Source: Phycisphaera mikurensis NBRC 102666 (GTDB taxonomy: Bacteria > Planctomycetota > Phycisphaerae > Phycisphaerales > Phycisphaeraceae). From it: a stretch of 32,000 nt of DNA. A model generated the notes under the pieces. It was not told the origin of the DNA. It did not search any database and was given only the letters and a program-made list of their open reading frames with translations. Shown here in pieces: positions 1 to 9,582 of the stretch (within the stretch, counting starts at the first letter, position 1; the number at the start of each line of letters is the position of its first letter). The stretch is from NCBI RefSeq assembly GCF_000284115.1, contig NC_017080.1:2700001-2732000 (forward strand), in the 5' to 3' direction. Position numbers and translations under genes: made by a program.

Positions 1-320
1 GGACATGCGCAGCAGCAGGTTGTCGCGGGTGATGCCGGCGTTGTTGACGAGCACGTCGAGGCGGCCGTGCTCCTCGTTCACGCCCTCGACCAGCGCGGCG
101 AGGGCTTCGCCGTCGGCGATGTCGCAGGTGCGGGACGAGGCCTGCCCCCCCGCTTCCCGGATCGCCCCGACGACCCCGTCGAGCCTGTCCTGGTTGCGGG
201 CCACGCAGACGACGTGGTCGCCGCGGGCGGCCAGGGCGTGGGCGATGGCGGCGCCGATGCCGCGGGAGGCGCCGGTGACGAGGGCGATTCTTAAGGTTGG
301 GGTGGGGGTGGAGGGCATGG
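1..320 (-). CDS. fabG: 3-oxoacyl-ACP reductase-like short-chain dehydrogenase, N-terminal part (runs off window start)
   Basis: Reverse-strand translation from ATG at 320: MPSTPTPTLRIALVTGASRGIGAAIAHALAARGDHVVCVARN...DVLVNNAGITRDNLLLRMS; TGxxxGIG cofactor motif and the FabG-typical NNAGITRDNLLLRM motif. Confidence 0.82.
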
Positions 321-449
321 GGCGGCGAGGGTAGAGGCGTCCCGGGCCGTGCGTCCGGAGTCGATGGAGGGAGCGGGGCATCGGCTGGGCCGACGACGCA
401 GCGCCGGCGTTCGCCAGCGGCCCGCGCCACCTGGTTCGGCTCGCTCGGG

Positions 450-2174
450 TCAGCCGCGGCCAGCGGGAACGCTCGGCGCCTCCCGCACGGACAGCTCGTC
501 GCCGGCATCCACGGGTTCGCGCCGCGGCGCGTCGTCGCTGCGGAGCCAGCGGTCGTGGACGCGGAAGGATTCCTCGGGCTCGGGGAAGTCGAGGCGGAAA
601 TGGGTGCCGCGGGATTCCTCCCGCCACGCGGCCGCGCGGGCGATGAGGGCGCCCACCTGCAGCATGTTCTGCACCTCCCAGCCGGCGCGGTCGTCGAAGA
701 TCTTGTCGAGCGTGTAGCGGCTCCAGAAGGCGAACATGTCGCCGACCTCGCGGAGGTGCTCGCCGGTGCGCTCGATGCCGACGTGCCGCCACATCACCGA
801 CCGCAGGCTCGAACGCACGTCGGCGAGGTCCAGGCCGGTGCGGTCCGAGAGCGGGATGTCGCTGACGATCTTCGTCCGGTGCGCCCCGTGAGCGGAGGCG
901 GCGTCGGCCGCGGCCTGGCCGACGGTCTCGCCGAGGACCAGGCCCTCCAGCAGCGAGTTGCTCGCGAGCCGGTTGGCCCCGTGCAGGCCCGAGCACGCGG
1001 CCTCGCCGCACGCGAAGAGCCCCGGGGAGCTCGTGGCCCCCGACCCGTCCACCTCGACGCCGCCGATCATGTAGTGCGCGCTGGGGTGGACGGGGATCGG
1101 CTGCCCCGGGTCGATCTCGAACTTCTTGAGCATCGCGGCGATGCCGGGGAACCGCTCGACGAACCGCCCGGTGCCGATGGGCGAGACGTCGAGGTACGCG
1201 TGGGTGTGCCCGGTGCGGGCCATCTGCTGGAGGATGGAGCGGCTGACGACGTCGCGCGGCGCAAGCTCCGCCCGCTCGTCGTAATCGGGCATGAAGCGGT
1301 GCCCGTTGCGGTCGACGAGGTGGGCGCCCTCGCCACGCACGGCCTCGGTGATCAGCGAGCGGGACGCTCCGGCGATGTACAGCGTCGTGGGGTGGAACTG
1401 CACGAAGGCCATGTCGCGGAGCGCCGCCCCGGCTCGCCACGCCATCGCGTGGCCGTCGCCGGTGGCGACGCCGGGGTTCGTGCTCTCGCGGAAGACCTGC
1501 CCGCAGCCGCCGGCGGCGAGCACCGTGGCGCCCGCCCAGATGACCTGCAGCCCGTGCCGGTCGTGGTGGGTGATGGCGCCGAGCACGCGGCCCCCCTCGT
1601 CGGTGAGGAGGTCCAGCACGTAGCAGCCCATGAAAGAGCGCACGCCCTCGGCCTCGGAAACGCGACGCCCCAGCGTGGCGACCAGCGCCCGGCCCGTCGC
1701 GTCGCCGTCGCTGTGGACGATGCGGAAGTGGCTGTGGCCGCCCTCGCGGCCGAGGGCGAGCCGGGCGGGCATCCCCAGGTCGCCCATCCCCGGAGCGTCC
1801 CGGGGCTCGCCGGCGGCATCGAAGGGCATGCCCCAAGCCGCCAGCTCGCGGACCGCCGCGGGTCCGCCCTCGACGATGCGCCGGGCGACCGGCTCGTCGA
1901 CGAGGCCGGCGCCGGCGGTGAGCGTGTCGGCGAGGTGGTGCGCGGTGTCGTCGTCGGGGTCGAGCACCGCGGCGATGCCGCCCTGTGCCCAGGCGGTGGA
2001 CGACTGCTCCAGCTCGCCCTTGGCGGCGACGATCACGTCGGCGCCCCGCTCCGCCGCGGCGAGCGCCGCCCGCAGGCCGGCGACGCCCGCGCCCACCACC
2101 AGCACGTCGGTGAAGATCTGCGGGAGCAGGGTGGCGCGGAAGGGGATGAGGTAGCGGCGCTGGCGGTGCGGCAT
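450..2174 (-). CDS. nadB: L-aspartate oxidase
   Basis: 574 aa; FAD-binding DVLVVGAGVAGLRAALAAAERGADVIV, SSTAWAQGGIAA, HPTTLY, GLFACGEAACSGLHGANRLASNSLLEGLV. Confidence 0.95.
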   Translation of the reverse strand: MPHRQRRYLIPFRATLLPQIFTDVLVVGAGVAGLRAALAAAERGADVIVAAKGELEQSSTAWAQGGIAAVLDPDDDTAHHLADTLTAGAGLVDEPVARRIVEGGPAAVRELAAWGMPFDAAGEPRDAPGMGDLGMPARLALGREGGHSHFRIVHSDGDATGRALVATLGRRVSEAEGVRSFMGCYVLDLLTDEGGRVLGAITHHDRHGLQVIWAGATVLAAGGCGQVFRESTNPGVATGDGHAMAWRAGAALRDMAFVQFHPTTLYIAGASRSLITEAVRGEGAHLVDRNGHRFMPDYDERAELAPRDVVSRSILQQMARTGHTHAYLDVSPIGTGRFVERFPGIAAMLKKFEIDPGQPIPVHPSAHYMIGGVEVDGSGATSSPGLFACGEAACSGLHGANRLASNSLLEGLVLGETVGQAAADAASAHGAHRTKIVSDIPLSDRTGLDLADVRSSLRSVMWRHVGIERTGEHLREVGDMFAFWSRYTLDKIFDDRAGWEVQNMLQVGALIARAAAWREESRGTHFRLDFPEPEESFRVHDRWLRSDDAPRREPVDAGDELSVREAPSVPAGRG

Positions 2175-2182
2175 GGAGAGCT

Positions 2183-2695
2183 TCAGGTGCCGGCGTCCGC
2201 CCGCCCGAGCGTGCCCCGGACGGAGGTGCGGGTGACGGGGAGCGGGAACCCGGACTCGGTGCCGATCTCGCGGAGCTCGCCGGGCGGGACGTACGTAGCG
2301 GCGACGGCGCAGCGGTAGGCCCGGCCGTCTAGCGTCGCGTCGGCGGGGACGGGCGCGGGGAGCGCACCCCGCAGGACCATGCGCTTCGAGCCGCGCGGCG
2401 GCAGCGAGACGCTCGGCGGGCTCGGCGCGTCGAAGGAGCCGAGCCCCTTGACGCTCAGCGTCATCCCGATCCCCGAGAGCGGGAGCTCGACCGCGTTGGG
2501 GTTGCTCATCTCCACCGTCGCCGCGAAGGCGACGCCCTCCGGCGTCCGGCGGGTGACGGCAAGGTCCACCAGCTCGATGGTGGGCCGCTCCACGAAGCCC
2601 TCCGTCACCGCCCGCCCGATCGACCGCGGGATCCCGCAGCCCGCCACCGCCGGCAGCAGCATCGACGTCACCAGCACAGCGGGGCGGAGCCTCAC
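2183..2695 (-). CDS. LEA14-like (water stress/hypersensitive response type) putative lipoprotein
   Basis: ORF open to 2797; probable GTG start at 2695 gives VRLRPAVLVTSMLLPAVAGCGIP (signal/lipobox-like) then LEA-type-2 pattern VDLAVTRRTPEGVAFAATVEMSNPNAVELPLSGIGMTLSVKG. Confidence 0.65.
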   Translation of the reverse strand: MRLRPAVLVTSMLLPAVAGCGIPRSIGRAVTEGFVERPTIELVDLAVTRRTPEGVAFAATVEMSNPNAVELPLSGIGMTLSVKGLGSFDAPSPPSVSLPPRGSKRMVLRGALPAPVPADATLDGRAYRCAVAATYVPPGELREIGTESGFPLPVTRTSVRGTLGRADAGT

Positions 2696-2876
2696 CCGCG
2701 GAGCGTACGGGAACGGCCCCGCAGCGGGGTCGCGCCCGCGCGAAGCCGGGGCGGGGGCGGGGACGCCGCGGACCGGGCGGCCCGGAGCGGCGACCACCCG
2801 ACCGTCCGCGGCCGCCCTCTAGGCTGCGCGACGCGAAGAAGCGGCCGGGACTCCCCGCCGCCTCCCGCCGGACCGC

Positions 2877-3692
2877 TCAGTCTTCGAGTTCGCGCTCGCG
2901 GTGCGAGAGCTGGGCCTTCAGGCGGGCGAGGATGCTCGAGTGCATCTGGCTGACGCGGCTCTCGGAGAGGTCCAGCGTCGCGCCGATCTCCTTCATCGTC
3001 ATCTCCTCGAAGTAGTAAAGGATGACGATCAGCCGCTCGGCACGCGAGAGCCCCTTGGTGATCAGCTGCTTGAGGTCGCTCTTCTGGACCTCCTTGAAGG
3101 GATTCGCCTGCCGCGTGTCCGCCAGCACGTCGATCTCCCGGACGTCCTTGCTGGAATCGCTTTCGAACCACTTCCGAGACAGCGAGACCATCCCGACGGC
3201 CGAGCTGTCCCGCTTGATCTTGACGAACTCCTCCTCGTCCACCCCGAGCTCCTCGATGATCTCGTCGTCGGTCGGCTTCACGCCGGTCTGCATCTCCAGC
3301 GAGCGACGCGCCTTGTCCACCTGGCTGCTGCGGGAGCGGACCAGCCGCGGGACCCAGTCCATCGAGCGGAGCTCGTCGAGGATCGCGCCGCGGATGCGCG
3401 GGGCGCAGTAGGTCTCGAACTTGACGCCCCGCCCCAGGTCGAAGGCCTCGATGGCGTCCTTGAGGCCGAAGACCCCCGCGGACATCAGGTCGTCGACGTC
3501 GACCTCGTCGGGCAGCTTCGTGTGGACCCGCTCGGCGTTGTAGCGCACCAGCGGCAGGTAACGCTCCATCAGGTCGTTGCGGAGCGCGTCGGAAGGCTTC
3601 TTCTCGTACCGCACCCAGATCTTGCGGGTCGCTTCCTCCTGCTCGGGCGTGGGCTTGATGCGGGGCGTGCGTGTCCGGGTGCGGAGAGCCAT
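2877..3692 (-). CDS. fliA: FliA/WhiG family RNA polymerase sigma factor (sigma-28 type)
   Basis: 271 aa; RYLPLVRYNAERVHTKLPDEVDVDDLMSAGVFGLKDAIEAFDLGRGVKFETYCAPRIRGAILDELRSMDWVPR and C-terminal region 4 helix-turn-helix ATLDLSESRVSQMHSSILARLK. Confidence 0.9.
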   Translation of the reverse strand: MALRTRTRTPRIKPTPEQEEATRKIWVRYEKKPSDALRNDLMERYLPLVRYNAERVHTKLPDEVDVDDLMSAGVFGLKDAIEAFDLGRGVKFETYCAPRIRGAILDELRSMDWVPRLVRSRSSQVDKARRSLEMQTGVKPTDDEIIEELGVDEEEFVKIKRDSSAVGMVSLSRKWFESDSSKDVREIDVLADTRQANPFKEVQKSDLKQLITKGLSRAERLIVILYYFEEMTMKEIGATLDLSESRVSQMHSSILARLKAQLSHRERELED

Positions 3693-3818
3693 GAAGAGCG
3701 TCCTTGATCTTGAGAAGTGAGCGGGCGGGACCGCTCGGGTGGGGTGGGTGGACGCCGCGACCGTGCGGCGTGTTGGAGGTCAGGGCAAGGAGCGCCGGTG
3801 GCGGCGCGAGGGGCCGGT

Positions 3819-4205
3819 TCACGCCGCCCGGCGGGTCGCGGCGACGGGCGGGGCTTCATCGGAAGGGGACAGAGCCGCGGAAAGCGGCAGCGTTTCCGGA
3901 CCTTCGGCCGCGTCGCCGGCGTCCGATGGGGCGTCCGCGTCCGGACCCTCCGCGAGCGCGAGAGCGGCCGCGGCCTCGAGCATCCGCCCCGCCGCATAGG
4001 CCGCGAGCAGCACCACCAGCCCGCGACCCAGGACCGCTGACGACGCGTTCCCGGCGATCGTGCCCGCCAGCAAAGCGGCGGCGAAGCACAGCAGGCCGAA
4101 GGAGGTGGCAAAGAGGCGGGGGCGGATCGTCGGGCTCCTTGGTGGTCGTGGCGCGGCGGCGAGGTCGCGTGCGGCTGGGGTCACCGGGTTGTTGTTCCCG
4201 AGCAA
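3819..4205 (-). CDS. Small hypothetical protein with two predicted hydrophobic segments, between flhG and the sigma factor
   Basis: 128 aa; LFATSFGLLCFAAALLAGTIAGNASSAVLGRGLVVLLAAYAAGRMLEAAAALAL; same strand as neighbours; no recognised family. Confidence 0.45.
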   Translation of the reverse strand: MLGNNNPVTPAARDLAAAPRPPRSPTIRPRLFATSFGLLCFAAALLAGTIAGNASSAVLGRGLVVLLAAYAAGRMLEAAAALALAEGPDADAPSDAGDAAEGPETLPLSAALSPSDEAPPVAATRRAA

Positions 4206-4562
4206 GCGGCGTGCCGGTCGGGCAGGCGGATGTCGGAAGGGCAGACGGGACGAGGCCCGCGGTCAGAGAGGAGATCGTCTCGGGACGCTCTCCCTCAACG
4301 GCCCGGAAGCTACCGAACCGCTGGCGGCCGGATGAGAAGCCGCGGCCGTCGCTCGGCGGCGTTGTTGAGAACGCCGCTCCCGGCTCCATGCCGGCCGCCG
4401 ATCCCGTTGAACCGCGATCTGCCGGGGTTCTTCGGCGGAGAACGTGCGGACACACGCTCCGCCGAGCGTGGAGTCCGCTGGAGAACCCGCTTCAGCACCA
4501 AGAGAGACGTCGGATTCGTAGCCCGAAATGAAGATGATTTTCGGCGCGCTATCGAGCTTTCC

Positions 4563-4627
4563 CCCAAACTACTCACAACGTTTGGGCAACGGCCTCCGTT
4601 GAATGACCCGCGTCAGCAGCCCAAACG
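4563..4627. promoter_or_regulatory. Cluster of mutually exclusive inverted repeats in the gap between flhG and the downstream small gene
   Basis: CCCAAAC (4563-4569) / GTTTGGG (4580-4586); CGTTTGGGC (4579-4587) / GCCCAAACG (4619-4627); CAACGG (4587-4592) / CCGTTG (4596-4601). Confidence 0.4.
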
Positions 4628-4727
4628 ACCCGCAATGCCCTACGTGTGCGTTCGCTTTGAGCAAAAACTGCGGGGGCCTCGATCCGGTACGCAGTCTCTG
4701 CCTGCCGCGGCAGGGGAACCGGCTGCG

Positions 4728-5690
4728 TCACCCGATCCGCAGCAGCCGCCTCAAAAAGCCGCGGCCACGGTCCGGCGCCGCCTCCACGGGCCGCTGTGAG
4801 GCTCCGCGGGAGTCGAGCGTCGCCGCCAGGCGGGCCATCTGCCAGCCCGCCGGCGTCGCCGCGGCCTCCTGCAGCAGCGGCGTCCGCGCTCGAACGGCCG
4901 CGGCCACCGCCGGATCGTCGGGGACGTAGCCCGCGAGCGACGGGCTGAACCCCAGGAAGTGGCGGCAGGCCGATTCGAGGCGGTCGTGGACCTCCCCCGC
5001 CTCCGTCGCGTCCCGCACGCCGTTGACGACGACGCGGGCGTGCTGCGCGTCGTCGGACAGCGCCAGCGTCTTCAGGAGCGCGTAAGCGTCGGTGACGGCC
5101 GTCGGGTCCGGCGTGGTCACGACCAGCAACCGCGCCGCCGCGGCACAGAAGGCCTGCACCACGGGTCCCACGCCGGCTCCGACGTCGATGAGGATCAGGT
5201 CGTTCGCGGCCTCGAGGCGGTCCATGCCCTTGAAGAGGTCTCCGAGATGCTCGGCGGGGAGGTCGCCCGCCCCGGTGAGGCCCGAAGCGCCCGGCAGCAG
5301 GTGGAAGCCGGCGGGTGTCCGCAGGGCGATCTCCGGGAGGCGGTGCGTGCCCGCCAGCACGTCCGCGAGCGTCGCTTCCGGCGTGAGCCCGCAGGCCACG
5401 TCCACGTTCGCGGTCCCGAAATCGGCGTCGAGCACCAGCACCCGGCGCCCGCGGCGGACCAGCTCGGCGGCCAGGCTCACGACGAGCGTCGTCTTCCCGA
5501 CGCCGCCCTTGCCGGAGGCCACCGCGACCGTCCTGGCTCGGCGTCGCGGGCTGGAGGTCCTGGCGGCGGCCTCCCCGGTCGGCGGGTGTGCTTTCGCTTC
5601 GCCCGCGAGGCGATCGACCATGGCTCTCAGGGCTTCGGCTTGGTCCAGCATGACTTTCCCCAACGATTGCCCGTGTGGCAAGGTGGGCAA
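4728..5690 (-). CDS. flhG: FlhG/YlxH-like MinD/ParA family ATPase
   Basis: 320 aa; VASGKGGVGKTTLVVSLAAELVRRGRRVLVLDADFGTANVDVACG; directly follows flhF. Confidence 0.88.
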   Translation of the reverse strand: MPTLPHGQSLGKVMLDQAEALRAMVDRLAGEAKAHPPTGEAAARTSSPRRRARTVAVASGKGGVGKTTLVVSLAAELVRRGRRVLVLDADFGTANVDVACGLTPEATLADVLAGTHRLPEIALRTPAGFHLLPGASGLTGAGDLPAEHLGDLFKGMDRLEAANDLILIDVGAGVGPVVQAFCAAAARLLVVTTPDPTAVTDAYALLKTLALSDDAQHARVVVNGVRDATEAGEVHDRLESACRHFLGFSPSLAGYVPDDPAVAAAVRARTPLLQEAAATPAGWQMARLAATLDSRGASQRPVEAAPDRGRGFLRRLLRIG

Positions 5691-5707
5691 CCCTAGAGCA
5701 ACGGCGT

Positions 5708-7240
5708 TCAGCCGGCGGGAGCGCCCGTCACGGCGGGTTCACCGGGCGTCGCAGCGGGGGCCGGCGGGGGCGGCCCCGCGAGCCGCCGGGCGAGCGCGGC
5801 GGCGTCCGCCGGCTCGATGTCGTGGGGCACCTCCTGCCCGGTCGTCAGGAAGCTCGGCGGCAGCCCCGTGGCCTCCACGACCGCCACCAGGCCGCCGCAG
5901 GCCTCGACCTCGTCGCACTTGGTGAAGATGATGCGATCGGGACGCGCGGACGCGAACCGCTCCCCGGCGGTGCGGAGCACGGCGGGGCTGGACGCCAGGG
6001 AGAGCACCAGGTGCGTCTGGTGAGGCCGCGCCACGGCGAGGAAGGCGCCGAGTTCGTTCACCCGGTCGGTGTCGCGGGGGCTGCGGCCGGCGGTGTCGAT
6101 GAGCACGACGTCGCAGCCCGCCAGCCCCGCCAGCCGGTCCGCCAGCTCCTCGGGCGACGACGCCACCGCGAGGTCCGACCCGATGATGTTGCAGTAGGTG
6201 CGCAGCTGCTCCACCGCGCCGATGCGGTAGGTGTCCAGCGTCACCACCCCGACCTTTTGTCCGTGCCGCAGCTTCAGCTGCGCCGCGAGCTTCGCGATGG
6301 TGGTCGTCTTGCCCACCCCGGTGGGGCCGACGAGCGCGAGCGTGAGCGGGCGGCGATCGGACGCGGGCCCGGTGTACGCCTCCAGCCCGGCGCCCGCCGC
6401 CGGCCGATCCGATCCCGCGTCCGCCTCCCGGCTCCCCCGGAGCATCCGCTCGAGCGCGTCCCGGACCCCGCCGTCGCCGATCCCCGCCCCGCCCGCGCCC
6501 CCCGCGTCCGCCGCCGCCGCGACGAGCCGCCGGGCCAGCTCCTCGGCGACTTCGGCGTGGATCAGCCGCTCGTAGGCCTGCGCGATCGGCCCGTCGCCCC
6601 CGGCTCCCGCCGCTTTGAAGAGCTCGGGCGCGGCCCGACGCGCCGCCTCCACCTGCTGCGACCGCGCCACGCGCTCCACCAGCTCGCGGACGGCCGCGAG
6701 CTCGCCCGCGAGGGCGGCCGGGGGCTCGACGTTCGCGGCGGCGGGCCGCTTCGCCGGCCGGTCCGGCGGCGGCGTCGCCGCGGGTCGGTCGCTCCGCCGC
6801 TCGCGTCCCGGCGGCTCGCCGCCGGGACGCTCCCGGACCGGGTCGGCGAGCGCCGCGGCGGCGGCCGCCGCCGCGCCCGGCTCGTCGAGGTCCAGCCGTG
6901 CCGCCGCGTAGGTGCGGCGGATGAGGTCCCCCGCGAGCGGTGCCGGGGCCGACTTGAGCCGGCGCTTGGAGACCCCCAGGGCGCCCGCCGCCGCCGCATC
7001 CTCCGGCTCGCCGGCCCCGCCCGCGGCGGCCTGCCGCCGGCCCCGCCGCCTCGCCGCGGCCTGCAGCACCGGCAGCGCGATCGCGGTCACCTCCACCACC
7101 GCCCGCCCGCCCAGCTGGGGGATGCCGAGCAACCCGCCGCGCCGGTAGGTCCGCGTGTGGAGCACCACCGCGTCCTGGCCGAGGTCGCCGCGGGCCATGG
7201 CGAGCGCATCGGCGGCGTTGCGGGCGGTGTACGTCTTCAC
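5708..7240 (-). CDS. flhF: Flagellar biosynthesis GTPase FlhF (SRP-type)
   Basis: 510 aa; N-terminal MKTYTARNAADALAMARGDLGQDAVVLHTRTYRRGG and NG domain LALVGPTGVGKTTTIAKLAAQL...VTLDTYRIGAVEQLRTYCNIIG...DVVLIDTAGRSPRD-type motifs. Confidence 0.93.
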   Translation of the reverse strand: MKTYTARNAADALAMARGDLGQDAVVLHTRTYRRGGLLGIPQLGGRAVVEVTAIALPVLQAAARRRGRRQAAAGGAGEPEDAAAAGALGVSKRRLKSAPAPLAGDLIRRTYAAARLDLDEPGAAAAAAAALADPVRERPGGEPPGRERRSDRPAATPPPDRPAKRPAAANVEPPAALAGELAAVRELVERVARSQQVEAARRAAPELFKAAGAGGDGPIAQAYERLIHAEVAEELARRLVAAAADAGGAGGAGIGDGGVRDALERMLRGSREADAGSDRPAAGAGLEAYTGPASDRRPLTLALVGPTGVGKTTTIAKLAAQLKLRHGQKVGVVTLDTYRIGAVEQLRTYCNIIGSDLAVASSPEELADRLAGLAGCDVVLIDTAGRSPRDTDRVNELGAFLAVARPHQTHLVLSLASSPAVLRTAGERFASARPDRIIFTKCDEVEACGGLVAVVEATGLPPSFLTTGQEVPHDIEPADAAALARRLAGPPPPAPAATPGEPAVTGAPAG

Positions 7241-7288
7241 GGCGGGGAAGGAAGCGAGAGCAAAACCTGGGGCGAGCGGAACCTCAAA

Positions 7289-9559
7289 CTACCCGGCGAG
7301 GGCGGCGGCACGCCCGGGCGCGAAGGAGGCGCCCGGGGTGGTGCCCGCGCCCTGCGGCGTGAACTCCACGACCCCGACGCTCTCCACCTCCACCCCCTGC
7401 GCCACCTCGTTGTACCCGAGCACCGCCGCCGCGGGCAGGTGCGGCTCGAGGATCGTCCGGATCGGCTTACGCACCGGCGGCGACGCCAGCACCACCGGGT
7501 GGTGGCCCAGGGCCATCAGCCGCTGCAGCTCGTCGACCAGGGCGGCGGCGACGCCGTTGGCGACCCCGGGCGGCATCGACAGCGCCGTGCCGTGCTCGCC
7601 GCGGTCGACGTAGCCGGAGATCAGCTCCTCGAGCGCGGGATCGACCGACACGCAGTGCAGCCGCAGTCCGCCGCCGACGCCGTCGGGTCCGGCCTCCACC
7701 GGCACCGCCCAGGCCGCGCAGATCGAACGCCGCAGCGCGTTCCGCACGTACTCGGTCAGCACGTCAACGTCCTGCGTCCGCGGAGCCCAGGTCCCCAGCG
7801 TCTCGACCACCGTGCCCAGGTCGCGGATGCTCACGCGCTCGGCGAGCAGGTTCTGCAGCACACGCTGCAGCTCCGCCGGCTTGAGCACCGGGCTCTCGTT
7901 GGGCCCCGAGGCCGGCCCGAGCACGGCGTCGCAGAGCGCCGGGCTCTTCTCGCGGAGCTGCGTCACCAGGTTCGCGGTCTCCTCGAAGTCCAGCAGCTCG
8001 GCCGCGTGATTCTTGACCACCTCGGTGAGGTGGGTCGACAGCACGGAGGTCGGGTCGATGACCGTGTACCCCGCCATCTCCGCGGCCTCCCGCTGCGATC
8101 GATCCACCCACGTCGCCTCCAGCCCGAAGGCCGGCTCGCGGGTGCGGAGCCCGTCCAGCGGCGCCGCTTCGGGGTCGGTCACGCCGCCGTCCATCGCCAT
8201 GAACTGTCCGGGGTACAGCTGGCCCTCGGCGACGGGGTTGCCGCGGACCTTCAGCCGGTAGGTGTTGGGCTGGGCTTCCATGTTGTCGCGGATGCGGACC
8301 GGCGGCATCACCAACCCGTTCTCGGCGGCGAGCTGCCGGCGGATCAGGGTGATGCGGTCGAGCAGGTCGCCGCCCTGAGAGGGATCCACCAGCGTCACCA
8401 ACGCGTACCCGATCTCCAGCTCCAGCGTGTCGACGCCGAGCGCGTCGGCGAGCAGGTCGTCCTCCTGCTTCTTCTTGTCCTCGGCCGAGAGCGGCTCGGC
8501 CCCGCCGCCGGCCACCGCCGCGCCGCCCGGCACCCCCGGCCGGCCGGCCGGCCCGCCGGCGCGTCCCGGCGTGGCGGAAGCCCCCGCCCGCCACGCCATC
8601 ACGCCCGCGACCGTGGCCAGTGAGAGCAGCGGCACCGCCGGGAGCCCGGTGAATGCGAGGAGGCCCAGGAAGCCGGCCGTCATCGCCAGGGCCCCGCGGC
8701 CGCCGGTGAGCTGCTTGCCCAGCTCGCTGCCGAGCTGCTCCTTTGAGCCCGAGCGCGTGACGATCAGGGCCGCCGCGATGGAGATCACCAGCGCCGGCAT
8801 CTGGCTCACCAGCCCGTCGCCGACGGTCAGCCGCGTGTACACCTCCGCGGCCTCCACCACCGCGTACCCGTTGATCGCCACGCCGACCGCGAAGCCGCCG
8901 ACGATGTTGACCAGCGTGATGATGATCCCCGCCACGGCGTCCCCCCGCACGAACTTGCCCGCACCGTCCATGGCCCCGTAGAAGTCGGCTTCGCGGCCGA
9001 TCTTCTCCCGCCGCTCCCGGGCCGCCTTCTCGTCGATCAATCCGGCGTTCAAGTCGGCGTCGATCGCCATCTGCTTGCCCGGCATCCCGTCGAGCGTGAA
9101 GCGGGCGGCGACCTCGCTGATCCGCCCGGCCCCCTTGGTGATGACCATGAATTGGACGACGATCAGGATCAGGAACAGGATCACCCCCACCACGACCGAG
9201 CTGCCGGTCACGAACTCGCTGAAGGCCTCGATGACCCGGCCGGCGACGGCCGTCGGGTCTCCGCCCTGCGCCGAGCCCGAGAGGATCAGCCGCGTGGTGG
9301 CGATGTTGAGCACCAGCCGGAACAGCGTCGTCGCCAGCAGCACCGACGGGAACACGCTGAACTCCAGCGGGCTCTTCAAGAACACCGTCGTCATCAGGAT
9401 GAGCGCGGCGAGGCCCAGGTTGGCCGCGATCAGCAGGTCCATGACCAGCGGCGGCAGCGGCACGACGATCACCGCGATGAGCCCGATGAAGGCGGCCGGG
9501 ACCAGCAGGGCGCGGTAGGGCTCGACTCTGTTGACGAGGTTCTGGAGTCCTGGCTGCAT
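7289..9559 (-). CDS. flhA: Flagellar biosynthesis protein FlhA
   Basis: 756 aa; [68 protein letters not shown], C-terminal [26 protein letters not shown]-like region. Confidence 0.95.
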   Translation of the reverse strand: [756 protein letters not shown]

Positions 9560-9582
9560 GGCGCTGGTCAGCTTTCTTCCAA

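Noticed and set aside
297-2318. 673-aa plus-strand ORF
   Set aside because: Antisense to nadB, with no recognisable motif.
4230-4799. 189-aa plus-strand ORF in the flhG-downstream gap
   Set aside because: Arg/Pro-rich composition, no motif, overlaps the flhG 3' end antisense; more likely non-coding regulatory DNA.
5675-8623. 982-aa plus-strand ORF
   Set aside because: Mirror ORF antisense to flhF/flhA; low-complexity Arg/Gly/Pro/His composition typical of the wrong strand in GC-rich coding DNA.
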